DNA of 63,835 bases, counting the filler, from Trichomonas gallinae (lineage: Eukaryota), in NCBI GenBank assembly GCA_008369845.1. It is 9 parts of 9 records of this genome, joined end to end, with 100 filler letters (N's around TTAATTAATTAA, not from the genome) between each part and the next. Parts side by side here need not be neighbours in the genome. Positions count along the whole stretch, not along the records: positions 14,064 to 35,344 come from MRSU01001574.1; 8 more parts are not named here. One strand, written 5' to 3'. The notes beneath the pieces were generated by a model, which was not told where the DNA came from, did not search any database, and saw only the letters and a list, made by a program, of their open reading frames with translations. A program made the position numbers and the translations under genes. Below, in pieces: positions 22,744 through 33,299 of this stretch; positions within the stretch are counted from its first letter, which is position 1; every line of letters begins with the position of its first letter.

Positions 22744-23451
22744 TTATTCAGCGCCGGACCACTCGACAATGCTTTCGAGCATTTTTGCGAGTATTTCTTG
22801 GGCAACTTTTTGATCTTCTGGCTCAAGATCTCCAACCTGATTGATAGCTTCGTTATGAATAGTTTGAAGAAGCTCGAGAGCGTCGTCATACTTATCCATT
22901 ATGTCGCTCAAAAGGATGGACAGGTTAAGCGCCGAATTCAAACGAATTGGGTGAGCAGCAGGTAATAATTCAGCTGTCATTGTAAGCGCCAGAGCGTAAT
23001 TATCATGTGAAAGAGCAGCCATTTCAGCGGCCTCATCTGATTCGCTTTCTGCAATATAGCGAGCAAAATCACCGATAAACAAGTGAAGCTTCGGTTTTTC
23101 AATGTCTTCTGTAATAGCAGGAAGTACTTTATCCTTGAGAATCGAGATAACTTGTTTGCACAACGAAACAAGCTGTTCTGTCAAGTCCTTCTTCATCATC
23201 TCAAAAGCAATCACGAGAGACTCACTTTCGAGAGTTTCAGCTGAAAGTTCCGCAGTGCAAGCACGGATCTGATTTCTTAGATCCCTGGTAAGCCTGCGGA
23301 AAGGCTGGATAAAACATTCCTGCTCATAAGAATCGAGAGCAGCATTCTTCTCAATCGCCATGAGCATGTACTTCATGCTCGTCTGGGCATTGCCATTATC
23401 ATTGATGAATGCTGCGATATTAATGAGGTCCTCAAATTGCAACTCTTCCAT
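22744..23451 (-). CDS. Divergent 14-3-3 protein
   Basis: GDFARYIAE, AHPIRL..ALN.S, C-terminal W. Likely ATG at 23451. Confidence 0.85.
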   Translation of the reverse strand: MEELQFEDLINIAAFINDNGNAQTSMKYMLMAIEKNAALDSYEQECFIQPFRRLTRDLRNQIRACTAELSAETLESESLVIAFEMMKKDLTEQLVSLCKQVISILKDKVLPAITEDIEKPKLHLFIGDFARYIAESESDEAAEMAALSHDNYALALTMTAELLPAAHPIRLNSALNLSILLSDIMDKYDDALELLQTIHNEAINQVGDLEPEDQKVAQEILAKMLESIVEWSGAE

Positions 23452-23772
23452 ATTTTTTTTTACTCTAAAAACCGCTTTTTTGTCTCCTTCTTTTTTCTTT
23501 TTTTTAAGTTGTTTTTTATTATTGTATTTAAAATCAGAACCAAAAACACCAACAGTAAACATTACTAATTTTTAATGATTTTTTGATTTTTTTGTTATTT
23601 TACGAATTTTACATCAATTCATCGTAGATTTTACAAAATAAATCACTAAATAATCAATAAAATATCTTAAAAATATAATTATCTCATCAAATCTATTCAA
23701 TAATATGAATATAGAAAAAATAAAAAAAATATAATGAATTAAAACACTAAACTATAAAAACATTTAATCGCA

Positions 23773-25059
23773 TTAAGCAATAACAGTAAGATCTTCGTAT
23801 GAAAAGCCATCAATTCGTGGGAAAATATCCGGACTTTCGAATATATCTGGCTCAACTGTTGAATCTTCAGAGTCGAAATTGTATCCTGGGTCATCATCGT
23901 CAGTTATTGGAACGAATTCCGGCTCATAGCCGCATTGCATGACAAGATCCCAGTCGATGTCCCTCCAAAACTCGTGCTCGAAGATATCCAAGCCTGGGCT
24001 TCCAAGCCTCTTGGCCGGATTCTTCTCGAGCAGTTGCGACAAGAAGTCAATAGTAACAGGGTCCAAGTTTCTGCCTGTGAATCTTGGCTGACGATGAAGG
24101 ATGTACTCAAAGAGCCTCGTTCTCAGTGGGTTTGAGAAAGGAACAGAACCTGTGAAGAAAAGGAATGCGACAACACCGAAACTCCACCAGTCTATCGCGT
24201 AAGTTTGATTCACACTTCCGCTAATAACCTCTGGAGCAAGATATTCGGCAGTTCCGCAGAAAGAGGCGCAAGACATATCTGCTGTGCACTCTTTTACTGT
24301 GCCAAAATCAGTAAGCTTAATATGACCTTTCGCGTCGAGAAGGATATTCTCTGGCTTGAGGTCTCTATATATGATGCCCATGCTGTGGAGATTCTTCACA
24401 GCGAGCGCAATTTCAGCGAGATAGAGTTTTTTCTGATAAAATGATAATATATTTCTTTCTAGTTGGTAGTGGAGATCTCCACCCTGTGCAAACTCTAACA
24501 CGAAGAAGAGATGAGATTTTGTCTGGAACGCGTTGAACAATCTGATGATAAATGGATGACGAGCTCTCATTAAAGTATTCCTTTCTGATTGGACGTGCGC
24601 AACGTGCTTGTCTGTCGTTACGCTCGACTTCTTGATCGATTTAATAGCGACAAGCTCGTTCGTAGTCCTATTTCTTGCGCAGTAAACGGTTGCGTATCCG
24701 CCTTGACCTATTTCTTTGATCAATTCGAAGTCGGAGAGGTCAACCTTGTTGTTAACTGGCTTTAATTGCAGCGCGCAAATCCATTTCTGAGCTTGGTGTT
24801 TCGATGAACAATAATATGTCAATTCTTCCGAACTGTTTTCAAGAGTGATAATAAATCCAGGTCTTGCACCATCAAGTTGCTTCACCAATTTGATATTTTC
24901 CAGTGGGATTTCTCTGTATAAAATAGAATAATTCTCATCTAAGTATGTACTAAAAACCTTATCCGTGACAATGCCGAACAGCTTCCTGTCAGTGCGAAAT
25001 ATGCTCGTTTTCTGCGAGATATTCCCCTTGATAGCGAAGATAAACTCGCTTTCAGACAT
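23773..25059 (-). CDS. PH-domain AGC kinase (Akt/PKB-like)
   Basis: N-terminal PH domain (QKWICAL), GQGGYA, YRDLKPEN, DFG, SFCGTAEYLAPE, hydrophobic motif GFSY. Confidence 0.92.
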   Translation of the reverse strand: MSESEFIFAIKGNISQKTSIFRTDRKLFGIVTDKVFSTYLDENYSILYREIPLENIKLVKQLDGARPGFIITLENSSEELTYYCSSKHQAQKWICALQLKPVNNKVDLSDFELIKEIGQGGYATVYCARNRTTNELVAIKSIKKSSVTTDKHVAHVQSERNTLMRARHPFIIRLFNAFQTKSHLFFVLEFAQGGDLHYQLERNILSFYQKKLYLAEIALAVKNLHSMGIIYRDLKPENILLDAKGHIKLTDFGTVKECTADMSCASFCGTAEYLAPEVISGSVNQTYAIDWWSFGVVAFLFFTGSVPFSNPLRTRLFEYILHRQPRFTGRNLDPVTIDFLSQLLEKNPAKRLGSPGLDIFEHEFWRDIDWDLVMQCGYEPEFVPITDDDDPGYNFDSEDSTVEPDIFESPDIFPRIDGFSYEDLTVIA

Positions 25060-25620
25060 TTGACAAAACCGAAAAATTTTGAGCTCTCAAAATTTGTGAA
25101 AAATTCATAATTTTGTAAACATCGTTTTTATATTCATCGCACCGTTAGCTTTTATTATATATATTTTCTTAAAAATCAAGCAAATCTTTTTATCGGGTAT
25201 AATCATACAACATCCTGCATACACCTTATAGATTAATATTTTCTTCTTTTTTTTCCTTATTTCATTTTAATCGACAACAACAAGATTTTATTGGAGAATT
25301 TATGTTCCAATTACACAATAATTGTATATATAATTGCAAACGACTTCATTTTTTTTATTCTTTTCAAAATTCGGGTTATGCTTAAAACCATTCTATATTA
25401 AATAATAATATATTTTACCAGTTTTTTTTTTCCAAAATAAAATATATCTTATTAAAAAAATCCACAAATAACAGACTAAAATCTTGGTAAACTAGATTTA
25501 TTATTTATATGCGTCTAGAGATTAGAATATAGGAGTATTAAGACCAAATCTTCGTCAGAAATTTTAAACCTTTTTTCCCCAAAATTACGACTTTTGAGTA
25601 GTTTATTATTTATTCCATCC

Positions 25621-26195
25621 CATAATAAAGTGACAGCAATTTGTAAAACGAATATATGACATCAGATATCTTTATATCTATAGTCAGTTTTATCTTATTC
25701 CGTTATTTTATTTTATTCAATATTTTTTTGTCGTCATTATCATAATAATGTCACGACAATATCTCAAATGCATTCAAAAACTTATATATCATTATATCTA
25801 TGCTTAAACTTATCATTATTCAGATTTTTTATACGATTCAATATTTTTTTTTTTGCGTCATTATCATAATAGAGTCATAGTATTTTGTAAAATAAATTTA
25901 ATACCTCATATGTGACTATCTCTAAATATAGTTTTGTCTTATTCCAGAATTTGATTATATTCAATATTATTTTGCGTAATCATCATAATATAGTCATGGC
26001 ATTTTGTGAAATACATTTAGAACATGTTATATCAATATATCTCTCTTTGGTTTTATCTATATGCCGTTATTTTATATGATTCAATAATTTTTTTAGTCAT
26101 CATGATTATAGAGTCACGGCAATTTATTCAATAGATTAATGTCTTTATATATCTTTTTAGTTTTATCTTTATTCCGATGTTTTATATGATTTCAT
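25621..26195. repeat. Degenerate tandem repeat, about 5 x 120 bp
   Basis: Units start at 25621, 25741, 25865, 25984 and 26104 (CATAATA.AGTCA...GTTTTATCTTATTCC...ATTCAATA...GTCAT). Confidence 0.85.
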
Positions 26196-26249
26196 ATATA
26201 ATAATGAAAAATAGAACAAAATGGAATTAACTAATAAAATACAGTGAAT

Positions 26250-26885
26250 TTATAAACATCTTGGGGATAAATCGAATCCGCCGCATATAAGAGCGAGAGT
26301 TGTATAAATAATAACAGCGCAAATGAGGAAAATAATGATCCATCCTATTATAGGCTTTATGTTGATATTCTTATTTAAGATCTGAGGTGGTTTTATCACA
26401 AGACTTACATCAGTAAGAGAACTATCGAAATCAGAATGCACGTCATCATCAGCCAGTAATGGTGAACCCGTAGAGTCATCATCCAAGTCTCCAATATGCG
26501 ACGGAGGCGACAAATTTCCAGTAAATGATAATAAACTATGTTTCACTAAAATCAGTTGAGGTTCGAAGCTTGTCTGCAGTCCAAACGGTGCTGCCTTCCT
26601 CCAATCATTTCCGTGCGCTCGAATAAATCTACTCTTTATATCTTCCACTGCTTTTTCGACTGTTTTATCATCATTAATGCCTTTGAGGACGCATATGTAA
26701 ATTAATCCCTCATCTTCCTGCAGTATTCCCCACAGAAAATTTTCCAAAATCAAAATAGTTTTCCCGTTCTCCAGGTTGTGCTTGTCAACGTACCTCTGGA
26801 AGAAGAGGTCGAAGTTCCCCTCCTGAGGGCAGTGCTGCACCAGAGGAATGTCTTTCCTAAGGACCGCAGCATAACAAAACTCCAT
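26250..26885 (-). CDS. VAMP7-like longin protein with C-terminal TM and no SNARE motif
   Basis: YAAV.R, GNF, YICV, DIKSRF longin pattern, acidic linker, TM ending in ICGGF. AAAGTGAC lies 5 nt upstream. Confidence 0.75.
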   Translation of the reverse strand: MEFCYAAVLRKDIPLVQHCPQEGNFDLFFQRYVDKHNLENGKTILILENFLWGILQEDEGLIYICVLKGINDDKTVEKAVEDIKSRFIRAHGNDWRKAAPFGLQTSFEPQLILVKHSLLSFTGNLSPPSHIGDLDDDSTGSPLLADDDVHSDFDSSLTDVSLVIKPPQILNKNINIKPIIGWIIIFLICAVIIYTTLALICGGFDLSPRCL

Positions 26886-26935
26886 TTTTTGTCACTTTTA
26901 TAGATTTCAGATTTTTTAAAAAATAATTTATGTGT

Positions 26936-28387
26936 TTAAGCAAGCATGTCGTGCTCCTTCAAGTACTCGTAGATCTGGAGGAGGCGTGTGTACTTCTGGA
27001 TACGCTCTCCGCGGGCTGTGGAACCGGTCTTGATAGACTGGGCGCCGATGGCGACAGCAAGGTCTGCAATGAGGGAGTTGCATGTTTCGCCAGAGCGGTG
27101 TGAGACCATGACTTTCTGCTTGGCATCGAGGATGAGCTTGGCAGCTTCCATGCCCTCTGAGATTGTGCCGATCTGGTTGACCTTGAGGAGGAGTGCGTTG
27201 CACCACTTGCCCTCGAGGCCCTTCCTGATTGTCTTCGGGTTTGTTGTGTAGAGGTCGTCGCCGACGAGCTGGATCTTGCCGCCGAGTTCAGCGTTGAGCT
27301 TAGCCCAGTGAGCGTAGTCCTTCTCATCGAGGCCATCTTCGATGGAGATGATGGATGGGTGGCGGGCAACGAGGTCCTTCCAGTACTGGATCATCTCATC
27401 ACCTGTCTTGAACATTCCGACTTCGACTTCGTACTTGCCTGTTTCGGCGTTGTAGAACTCGGAGGAGGCGGCATCGAGGCCGAGGAAGATGTCAACGCCT
27501 GGCTTGAAGCCGCACTGGACGATGGCCTCTTCGATTGTCTGAATGGCCTCTTCTGGTGTGTTGAGTGGTGGTGCGAAACCTCCCTCATCGCCGAGGTTCT
27601 TAGCGGAGACGCCGTACTTCTGGGAAAGGAGGGCGCCGAGCTTCTGGTAAACTTCGGCGACCATGCGGAGCTGATCTGGGAATGGGACATCGCGTGTTGG
27701 GGAAACCATGAACTCCTGGAGCTTAAGGTTGCCACCAGCGTGCTTGCCGCCGTTGAGGATGTTGAAGAATGGAGATGGAAGTGTGAACTTCTTTGGAACG
27801 TTCTCAGCGCCCCAGTAGTTGCGAGCGAGGTATAAGAATAATGGTTCCTCGTTTAATTCAGCAGCAGCTGTAGCGAGAGCGAAGGATGTAGCTGTGCATG
27901 CATTTCCACCAAGATTTTGCTTGAGCTCTGTTCCGTCTGTGTCGCAGATCTTCTTGTCGAGTGCCTTGAGGTCAGCGAGTGGCATTCCTTCAAGAGCCTT
28001 AGAGATTTTTTCTGTGACGTTCTTAGCGGCTGTGAGTGTGCCCTTGCCACCGTAGCGCTTTGGATCCTTGTCGCGGAGTTCAACGGCTTCGCCAGATCCT
28101 GTTGAAGCGCCGGATGGTGCTGATGAGGAGGCAGCGAGCTGAACGTGGCCAAGGAAGTTAGCGTAGACATCAACCTCGACTGTTGGGTTTCCGCGCGAGT
28201 CGAGGACTTCGCGGCCAACGAGGTGGTGGACTGTTGGCGGGAGAGCGTGCTTCCTGAGGAGGGAGGAGAGGACGCCGAATGTGTCCTCTGGCTTCGTCTT
28301 GAGGAGCTCGTTCATCGCCTCTTCGATGTATTCGTTGATCTTTGTCTTGGCGAGGTATTCCTGCGTGCTGGCCCTGGCAGCTGACAT
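26936..28387 (-). CDS. ENO: Enolase with an N-terminal extension
   Basis: REVLDSRGNPTVEV, PSGASTG, GDEGGFAP, LLLKVNQIG, SHRSGET. Confidence 0.97.
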   Translation of the reverse strand: MSAARASTQEYLAKTKINEYIEEAMNELLKTKPEDTFGVLSSLLRKHALPPTVHHLVGREVLDSRGNPTVEVDVYANFLGHVQLAASSSAPSGASTGSGEAVELRDKDPKRYGGKGTLTAAKNVTEKISKALEGMPLADLKALDKKICDTDGTELKQNLGGNACTATSFALATAAAELNEEPLFLYLARNYWGAENVPKKFTLPSPFFNILNGGKHAGGNLKLQEFMVSPTRDVPFPDQLRMVAEVYQKLGALLSQKYGVSAKNLGDEGGFAPPLNTPEEAIQTIEEAIVQCGFKPGVDIFLGLDAASSEFYNAETGKYEVEVGMFKTGDEMIQYWKDLVARHPSIISIEDGLDEKDYAHWAKLNAELGGKIQLVGDDLYTTNPKTIRKGLEGKWCNALLLKVNQIGTISEGMEAAKLILDAKQKVMVSHRSGETCNSLIADLAVAIGAQSIKTGSTARGERIQKYTRLLQIYEYLKEHDMLA

Positions 28388-28934
28388 TTATTGTGATCAG
28401 ACAGACTCTCTCAAATATTGACCCGAAAATAATCGTTTTCTGACATTTCACCAATTTCACACCTTTCATTTTATTCGCTTTTATTCATTTAATAGTCTAA
28501 TATTATATTAATATCACTGGAAATTAGTTTAATCATTTTTAATATTTATCAACATATGATTTTTAACTATTTGCATTCAATTATATGAATGTCCTTGATG
28601 AGTTCTATCTAATTTTTATCTATTATCTAAATTTAAATTATTATAATCATGCAAATATTTTTACATGACGGATTGTCATATTTAAGGGATTTTTGTATGA
28701 TTTACGTGTCAAGTTTTATCACTTTTTGTCAAATTTCATGAAAATCGATTCGCTAAAAAATCGCCTTTTCTAATAATTTCGAATCTGGCCATTTTACCTA
28801 GAGCATTACTTATAAATAGAACAGAAAACTGATAAGCGCTAAGAGGAGGCTAAGATTTAATGATATTTGAAAAAAAATATAAGAAGAATTTTCAATGGAA
28901 ATTTTTTATAAAAAATAACAACTTTTTCTAAAAA

Positions 28935-31900
28935 TTAATCATGGTGCTGAACCGTCCTAGTGATGCATGTAGTTCCGTTGAATGATGTCCTGAAGAGAAC
29001 ATTAGCGTATTTGTAGAGTCCTTCTTTGTGGGATACAACAATGAACTGTGATGCTCTGAATTGTGCCTTGAGAAGTCTGCCGATGTCTTGTGTCCTGGAG
29101 AGATCGAGAGCAGCATCAACTTCATCCAAAATGTAAATGGGAGCTGGGTTGAACTTAAGAAGAGCTAAAACTAAACCAAGAGCAATGAGAGCGCGCTGGC
29201 CGCCAGAAAGTTCCTGAAGGCCCTTTTGTAGACCATTGAGTCTGACGACGAAATCGAAACCGCGGACTCCGTGGTCTGTCTCGTCTTCTAATGTCGCTGT
29301 TGCTCCGAATAACAAATGAGAGACAATGTCTGAGAGGTCGCCATTGACTTTCTTTAGAGCTGTTGTGAGTGCTTCTTCCTTCTTCTGTTCGAGTTCTTTG
29401 ATGACATCCAAAATCTTGACTTTCTCTTCCTCGACGATTGCTTTCTTCTCGCGGAGCTTGTTGAGTTCGTGCTCGGCTCTGTCGAACTGCGACATGACGC
29501 GCTTGTTGACTCTTGTCTCGAGCTCTTTCTGCTCTTCTATCATCTTCTTGAGCTTGCTCTTCGCCTCCTTCTTCTCGTAGAGACTAAAGTCGAAGTCAGT
29601 GTGTGCAACACCGAAGAACCTCTTCTCCTGCTCGACCCATTTGTTGTCTTTGATCAGCTGTTCGATCTTCGCCTTCATCTCGGACTTCAGTCTTCCAGCT
29701 GATTCTATTGTTGACTCAGCCTTCTTCCTCTTTGATGCTGCCTGCTGCATAGTCACTGCCGTTGCATCTTCATTCTTTCTCAAGTCATCCAATGTCTTCG
29801 ATGTTGCGCGCATTGTTTCATCCAGCTGCTTCAAAGCCTTCTCTGTCTCTGCTTTATCGTTCTGAGCACTTTCTAGTTCTTCCTTATTCTCTTTGGCCGC
29901 ATTCTCTGCTCTCTCGACTGATCTGCTCAAGTCGCCCAGCTGTGACTCTGCCTGTTCGATCTGGTTCTTCAGTTCTTGTAAGGAAACTTTGGCAGCAACT
30001 AAGTCGTTGTCTGCTTCGAACCTTCTCTTTGTCGCCTCTTCATATAACTTCCTCGCTTCCTTGAGCTCCTTCTCCAATCTATCGACTCTTGACGACTTCT
30101 CTGTCTCCCAAGCTCTGTGCTCCATCACTAACGCGTCGATCTTTCTTCTTGCCTCTTCTTTGAGAGATGCAATCTCTCCTTTGTCTTTCGCGTTCTTCTC
30201 CAGTTCGCTCTGGATGTTGTCGTGCTGCCTCTTGATATCGGCCGCTCTGGAGTTGTTCATCGCCTTGATTGCGATGTCGAGCTCGTACTCTAAAATATCT
30301 TTCTGGTGAGAGAGCTCTCTGAACCTTCTTGCGCCGCCTTCCAAGTTCCTTAATTCGTCGTTGATCTCGCGCAGTCTCTGCTTCATGTCTTTTTCAATGT
30401 TGACTTTCTCAGTGAAAGCAGCGATGCGCTCGATGATGCCGCTGTTCTGTGGACGTGAGCCACCAGTTAATGTGCCAGCTGGATCAACAATGTCGCCGTC
30501 AAGTGTGACACTCTTAAGGCCAACGCTTTTGTCAAATGTGACTTTTCTTGCTCCCTGAAGAGTGTCGACAGCCATTATATCTGAGAAAACATATCTGATG
30601 GCCGGCTCGAACATCTTCTTGTACTCGACATCGTCTACGAGAGGATGCGCGGAAGGATCTATCTGCTGTGCGCGCTTAACTTTCTTCTCGTCTGGGACAT
30701 GGTATCTGATCTCATTTAAAGGAATCGTTGTCGATCTTCGCTGCAAGACGCCTGGCCTGATGAGCTGCGTTGATGTCTCCTTGTTGTCTGTGACGATGTA
30801 ATAGAGCCTGCCGCCTGCTGCCTGCTCTGCTGCTAAAGAGTATTTTCCGTCCTTCATCTTCATCAATCTTGCGACTACGCCGTAGATGCCTTCTTCGTTG
30901 AGATCCGGAGGTTTGTTGGCGAAGTCGATGTTGATACCGACGATTTGTCTCTCTAATTGGTCTAATTCGTCGGAAAGTGATTGTAATTTGCGCTGAATGT
31001 CGTCGCGCTCTGCTAAAAGACGGCGCTCTCTGTCTGCATCGAAGTTTAAATTCTCAATCTGCTGCCTTACGCCGTTCAACTCGTTTTCGACTTTCACTTT
31101 TTTGTTCTCGAGCTCTCTGCGCTCATTCTCTGACGCGTTTAGCTGCTCTGCGAGGTTGCGGAGCTGCCTCTCGAGGTGTGGTTGGCTGTTGTTGATGCGG
31201 TTTAGGTTGACATCTAAATCGGCCAAACGTTTCTTCTCGTTTTCGATCTTCTCTGAGAGGCTGGCATTGTCGTTCTCATTGGCGATGCCGATGTTGACCT
31301 CAGTGATTCTCTTCTCGAGCTGCTGGACTTTGTTTAATGCTTCTTTTTCGTCATTTTCCAGCTTTTCGTGCTTCGAGGAAGTCTGGGAGTTCTCTTCTTC
31401 CTTCTTTGTAAGGTCTGCCTTTTGGTCTTTGATCTGCTTCGATAAGTTTTCGATCTTATTGTTAATTCTTTTGACATTTTCGAGTTCGTGAGTCATATTC
31501 ATTGACGATCTGTCGATTCGCTCTTGTATTTCCTCCATGCGCTTGTTCAGCTCGCTAATCTTCTTCTTTGTTTCTCCATCGCGTGAATTTTGGAGATCTT
31601 TGATCTGCTGGCGAATTTGAGCGAGTTCTGCAGATGCTTGCTCCTCATCAGCTCTTGCCTGATCAGCTTCAGCTCTTGCCCTGACGACTGTTGCATCTCC
31701 TTCGTTAATTGCAGTTTCGCAATCTGTGAACTTCTTCGCAACGAGCCAGCGACTCAAGCGGTCTATTTCTGTCTTTGAGGAAGCCCACTTATTGTATTCG
31801 TCTTTGTCTTTTCGGAGCTTTTCGAGATTTGGCTCCAATTCTGTCTCAATTATGCGAGTAATTTCATCGAGTTGGTGCTGTTTCTTCTCTAAAGTACGAA

Positions 31901-32444
31901 CTGCATCTTCCTTCTTGACCTGGAACATACTTATGCCTGCAGCTTCTTCGATTAATTTCAAAATCTCCGGGGGCTTCATTTTGACGATTTTTTCGATGCT
32001 GCCCTGCTGGATGAGGAAGTGTGGGTTGTTGACATTCAACTGAACAGAGTGGAAAAGGTTCTGGACGCGTGTTTGATTCGCTGGGTGATCATTGATGAAA
32101 TATTTCGAGGAGGAGCCAGCAGTAACCTGGCGCATGACTGTAATTTTGTCGAACTCCTGATATCCAACTGGGCTCGCAGACTTGACTTCATTGTTGAAAA
32201 CGATTTCGACTGATGCTTTAGATATGCCAGACTGACCAGATTTGTATATCAATCCCTGAAGTCCTTCTGCTCTGAGATTCGAAATGTTGCTCATACCGAG
32301 AACGAAGCAGATTGCATCCAAAACGTTGGATTTTCCACTTCCATTCAATCCGGTAATTGCGTTGAAGTAAGGGTCAAAACCATCGACAATCGTGTGGTCT
32401 CTGTAGCTCTTGAAGCCACTGAGGATAATGCGCTCAATATACAT
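28935..32444 (-). CDS. SMC2: Condensin subunit SMC2
   Basis: FDPYFNAITGLNGSGKSN, VQLNVNNPHFLIQQG, hinge GTLTGG, LSGGQR, ILDEVDAALD, QFIVVS. Confidence 0.95.
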   Translation of the reverse strand: MYIERIILSGFKSYRDHTIVDGFDPYFNAITGLNGSGKSNVLDAICFVLGMSNISNLRAEGLQGLIYKSGQSGISKASVEIVFNNEVKSASPVGYQEFDKITVMRQVTAGSSSKYFINDHPANQTRVQNLFHSVQLNVNNPHFLIQQGSIEKIVKMKPPEILKLIEEAAGISMFQVKKEDAVRTLEKKQHQLDEITRIIETELEPNLEKLRKDKDEYNKWASSKTEIDRLSRWLVAKKFTDCETAINEGDATVVRARAEADQARADEEQASAELAQIRQQIKDLQNSRDGETKKKISELNKRMEEIQERIDRSSMNMTHELENVKRINNKIENLSKQIKDQKADLTKKEEENSQTSSKHEKLENDEKEALNKVQQLEKRITEVNIGIANENDNASLSEKIENEKKRLADLDVNLNRINNSQPHLERQLRNLAEQLNASENERRELENKKVKVENELNGVRQQIENLNFDADRERRLLAERDDIQRKLQSLSDELDQLERQIVGINIDFANKPPDLNEEGIYGVVARLMKMKDGKYSLAAEQAAGGRLYYIVTDNKETSTQLIRPGVLQRRSTTIPLNEIRYHVPDEKKVKRAQQIDPSAHPLVDDVEYKKMFEPAIRYVFSDIMAVDTLQGARKVTFDKSVGLKSVTLDGDIVDPAGTLTGGSRPQNSGIIERIAAFTEKVNIEKDMKQRLREINDELRNLEGGARRFRELSHQKDILEYELDIAIKAMNNSRAADIKRQHDNIQSELEKNAKDKGEIASLKEEARRKIDALVMEHRAWETEKSSRVDRLEKELKEARKLYEEATKRRFEADNDLVAAKVSLQELKNQIEQAESQLGDLSRSVERAENAAKENKEELESAQNDKAETEKALKQLDETMRATSKTLDDLRKNEDATAVTMQQAASKRKKAESTIESAGRLKSEMKAKIEQLIKDNKWVEQEKRFFGVAHTDFDFSLYEKKEAKSKLKKMIEEQKELETRVNKRVMSQFDRAEHELNKLREKKAIVEEEKVKILDVIKELEQKKEEALTTALKKVNGDLSDIVSHLLFGATATLEDETDHGVRGFDFVVRLNGLQKGLQELSGGQRALIALGLVLALLKFNPAPIYILDEVDAALDLSRTQDIGRLLKAQFRASQFIVVSHKEGLYKYANVLFRTSFNGTTCITRTVQHHD

Positions 32445-32703
32445 CCAAGAGTTTTTAAACGGCCACCTCTCAATTTTTGTTAACTGAGGAATTATTTCTT
32501 TTTTTATTTCATTATTTTGATTTTTTTGTCATAACACAGCTATTTCACAAAACAAATACGATTTTTATCATGTAAATCATTAATATTGCCATGTAAAATT
32601 ATTTTTTTGTCATATATAAAATCAGATTTCTCGCAAACACAGTTATTCAAAATTCACTTTTGTTTTTATGATTGCATTTTGAAGAACGGCGTTTGCGAAA
32701 ATA

Positions 32704-32767
32704 GCGATTTCAGGCTTACTTTTCACAAATTTGCATTCAAATTATGAAAAAGTGAGCCTGAAATCGC
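32704..32767. repeat. Inverted repeat with 22-23 bp arms
   Basis: GCGATTTCAGGCTTACTTTTCA ... TGAAAAAGTGAGCCTGAAATCGC. Confidence 0.8.
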
Positions 32768-33299
32768 AAATTTGCATTCAAATTATGAGTTTTGTCATGT
32801 AATTTATTATTATGTCATGTAAATTCTCAACATTGTCATGTAAATTATTAATTTGTCACATAATATATCAGAATTGGCATTCAAATTATTAGTTTTGTCA
32901 TGTAATTTATTATTATGTCATGTAAACGATATAAAATAACTTTGGAAATTCCGGAATTCTTTCTTTTTGTTAAAAAACAAAGGTTTTGGTAGAATTAGTG
33001 GTTGATCTAGCAACGAATTCTCAAAAATCAAAAGTTTTGATGCTAATGAAGCTTAAACATAACTAGTTATGAAACTTCTTCAGGGTGTTTTTTAAATTGA
33101 TGTAAAATATCTTAGAATTAAGCACTTATCCGATGATTACACGCGAGAATAAACATAAGCTATTACCATTATAGAAACGTAATCATAGTAAAATTAAAAG
33201 TTTCTGTCTATGGATTTATTATGAAATTTGTCACGTAAATATCAATTTTGTCATGTAAAATGATTTGGAAAAATTTGTAACGCTTTATAAAAATTAGAA

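Noticed and set aside
25621..26195. 120-bp array as a CRISPR array
   Set aside because: The units are similar along their whole length and degenerate. There is no invariant repeat with unique spacers, no cas genes, and the context is eukaryotic.
26936..28387. High GC of enolase as a sign of foreign DNA
   Set aside because: H2B and eL22 show the same C/G-ending codon bias, consistent with highly expressed native genes.
29326..32213. Many antisense and alternate-frame ORFs over SMC2 (also over enolase, TTLL, DHHC and the ankyrin genes)
   Set aside because: They are Ser/Leu/Phe-rich shadows of biased coding strands with no recognisable domains.
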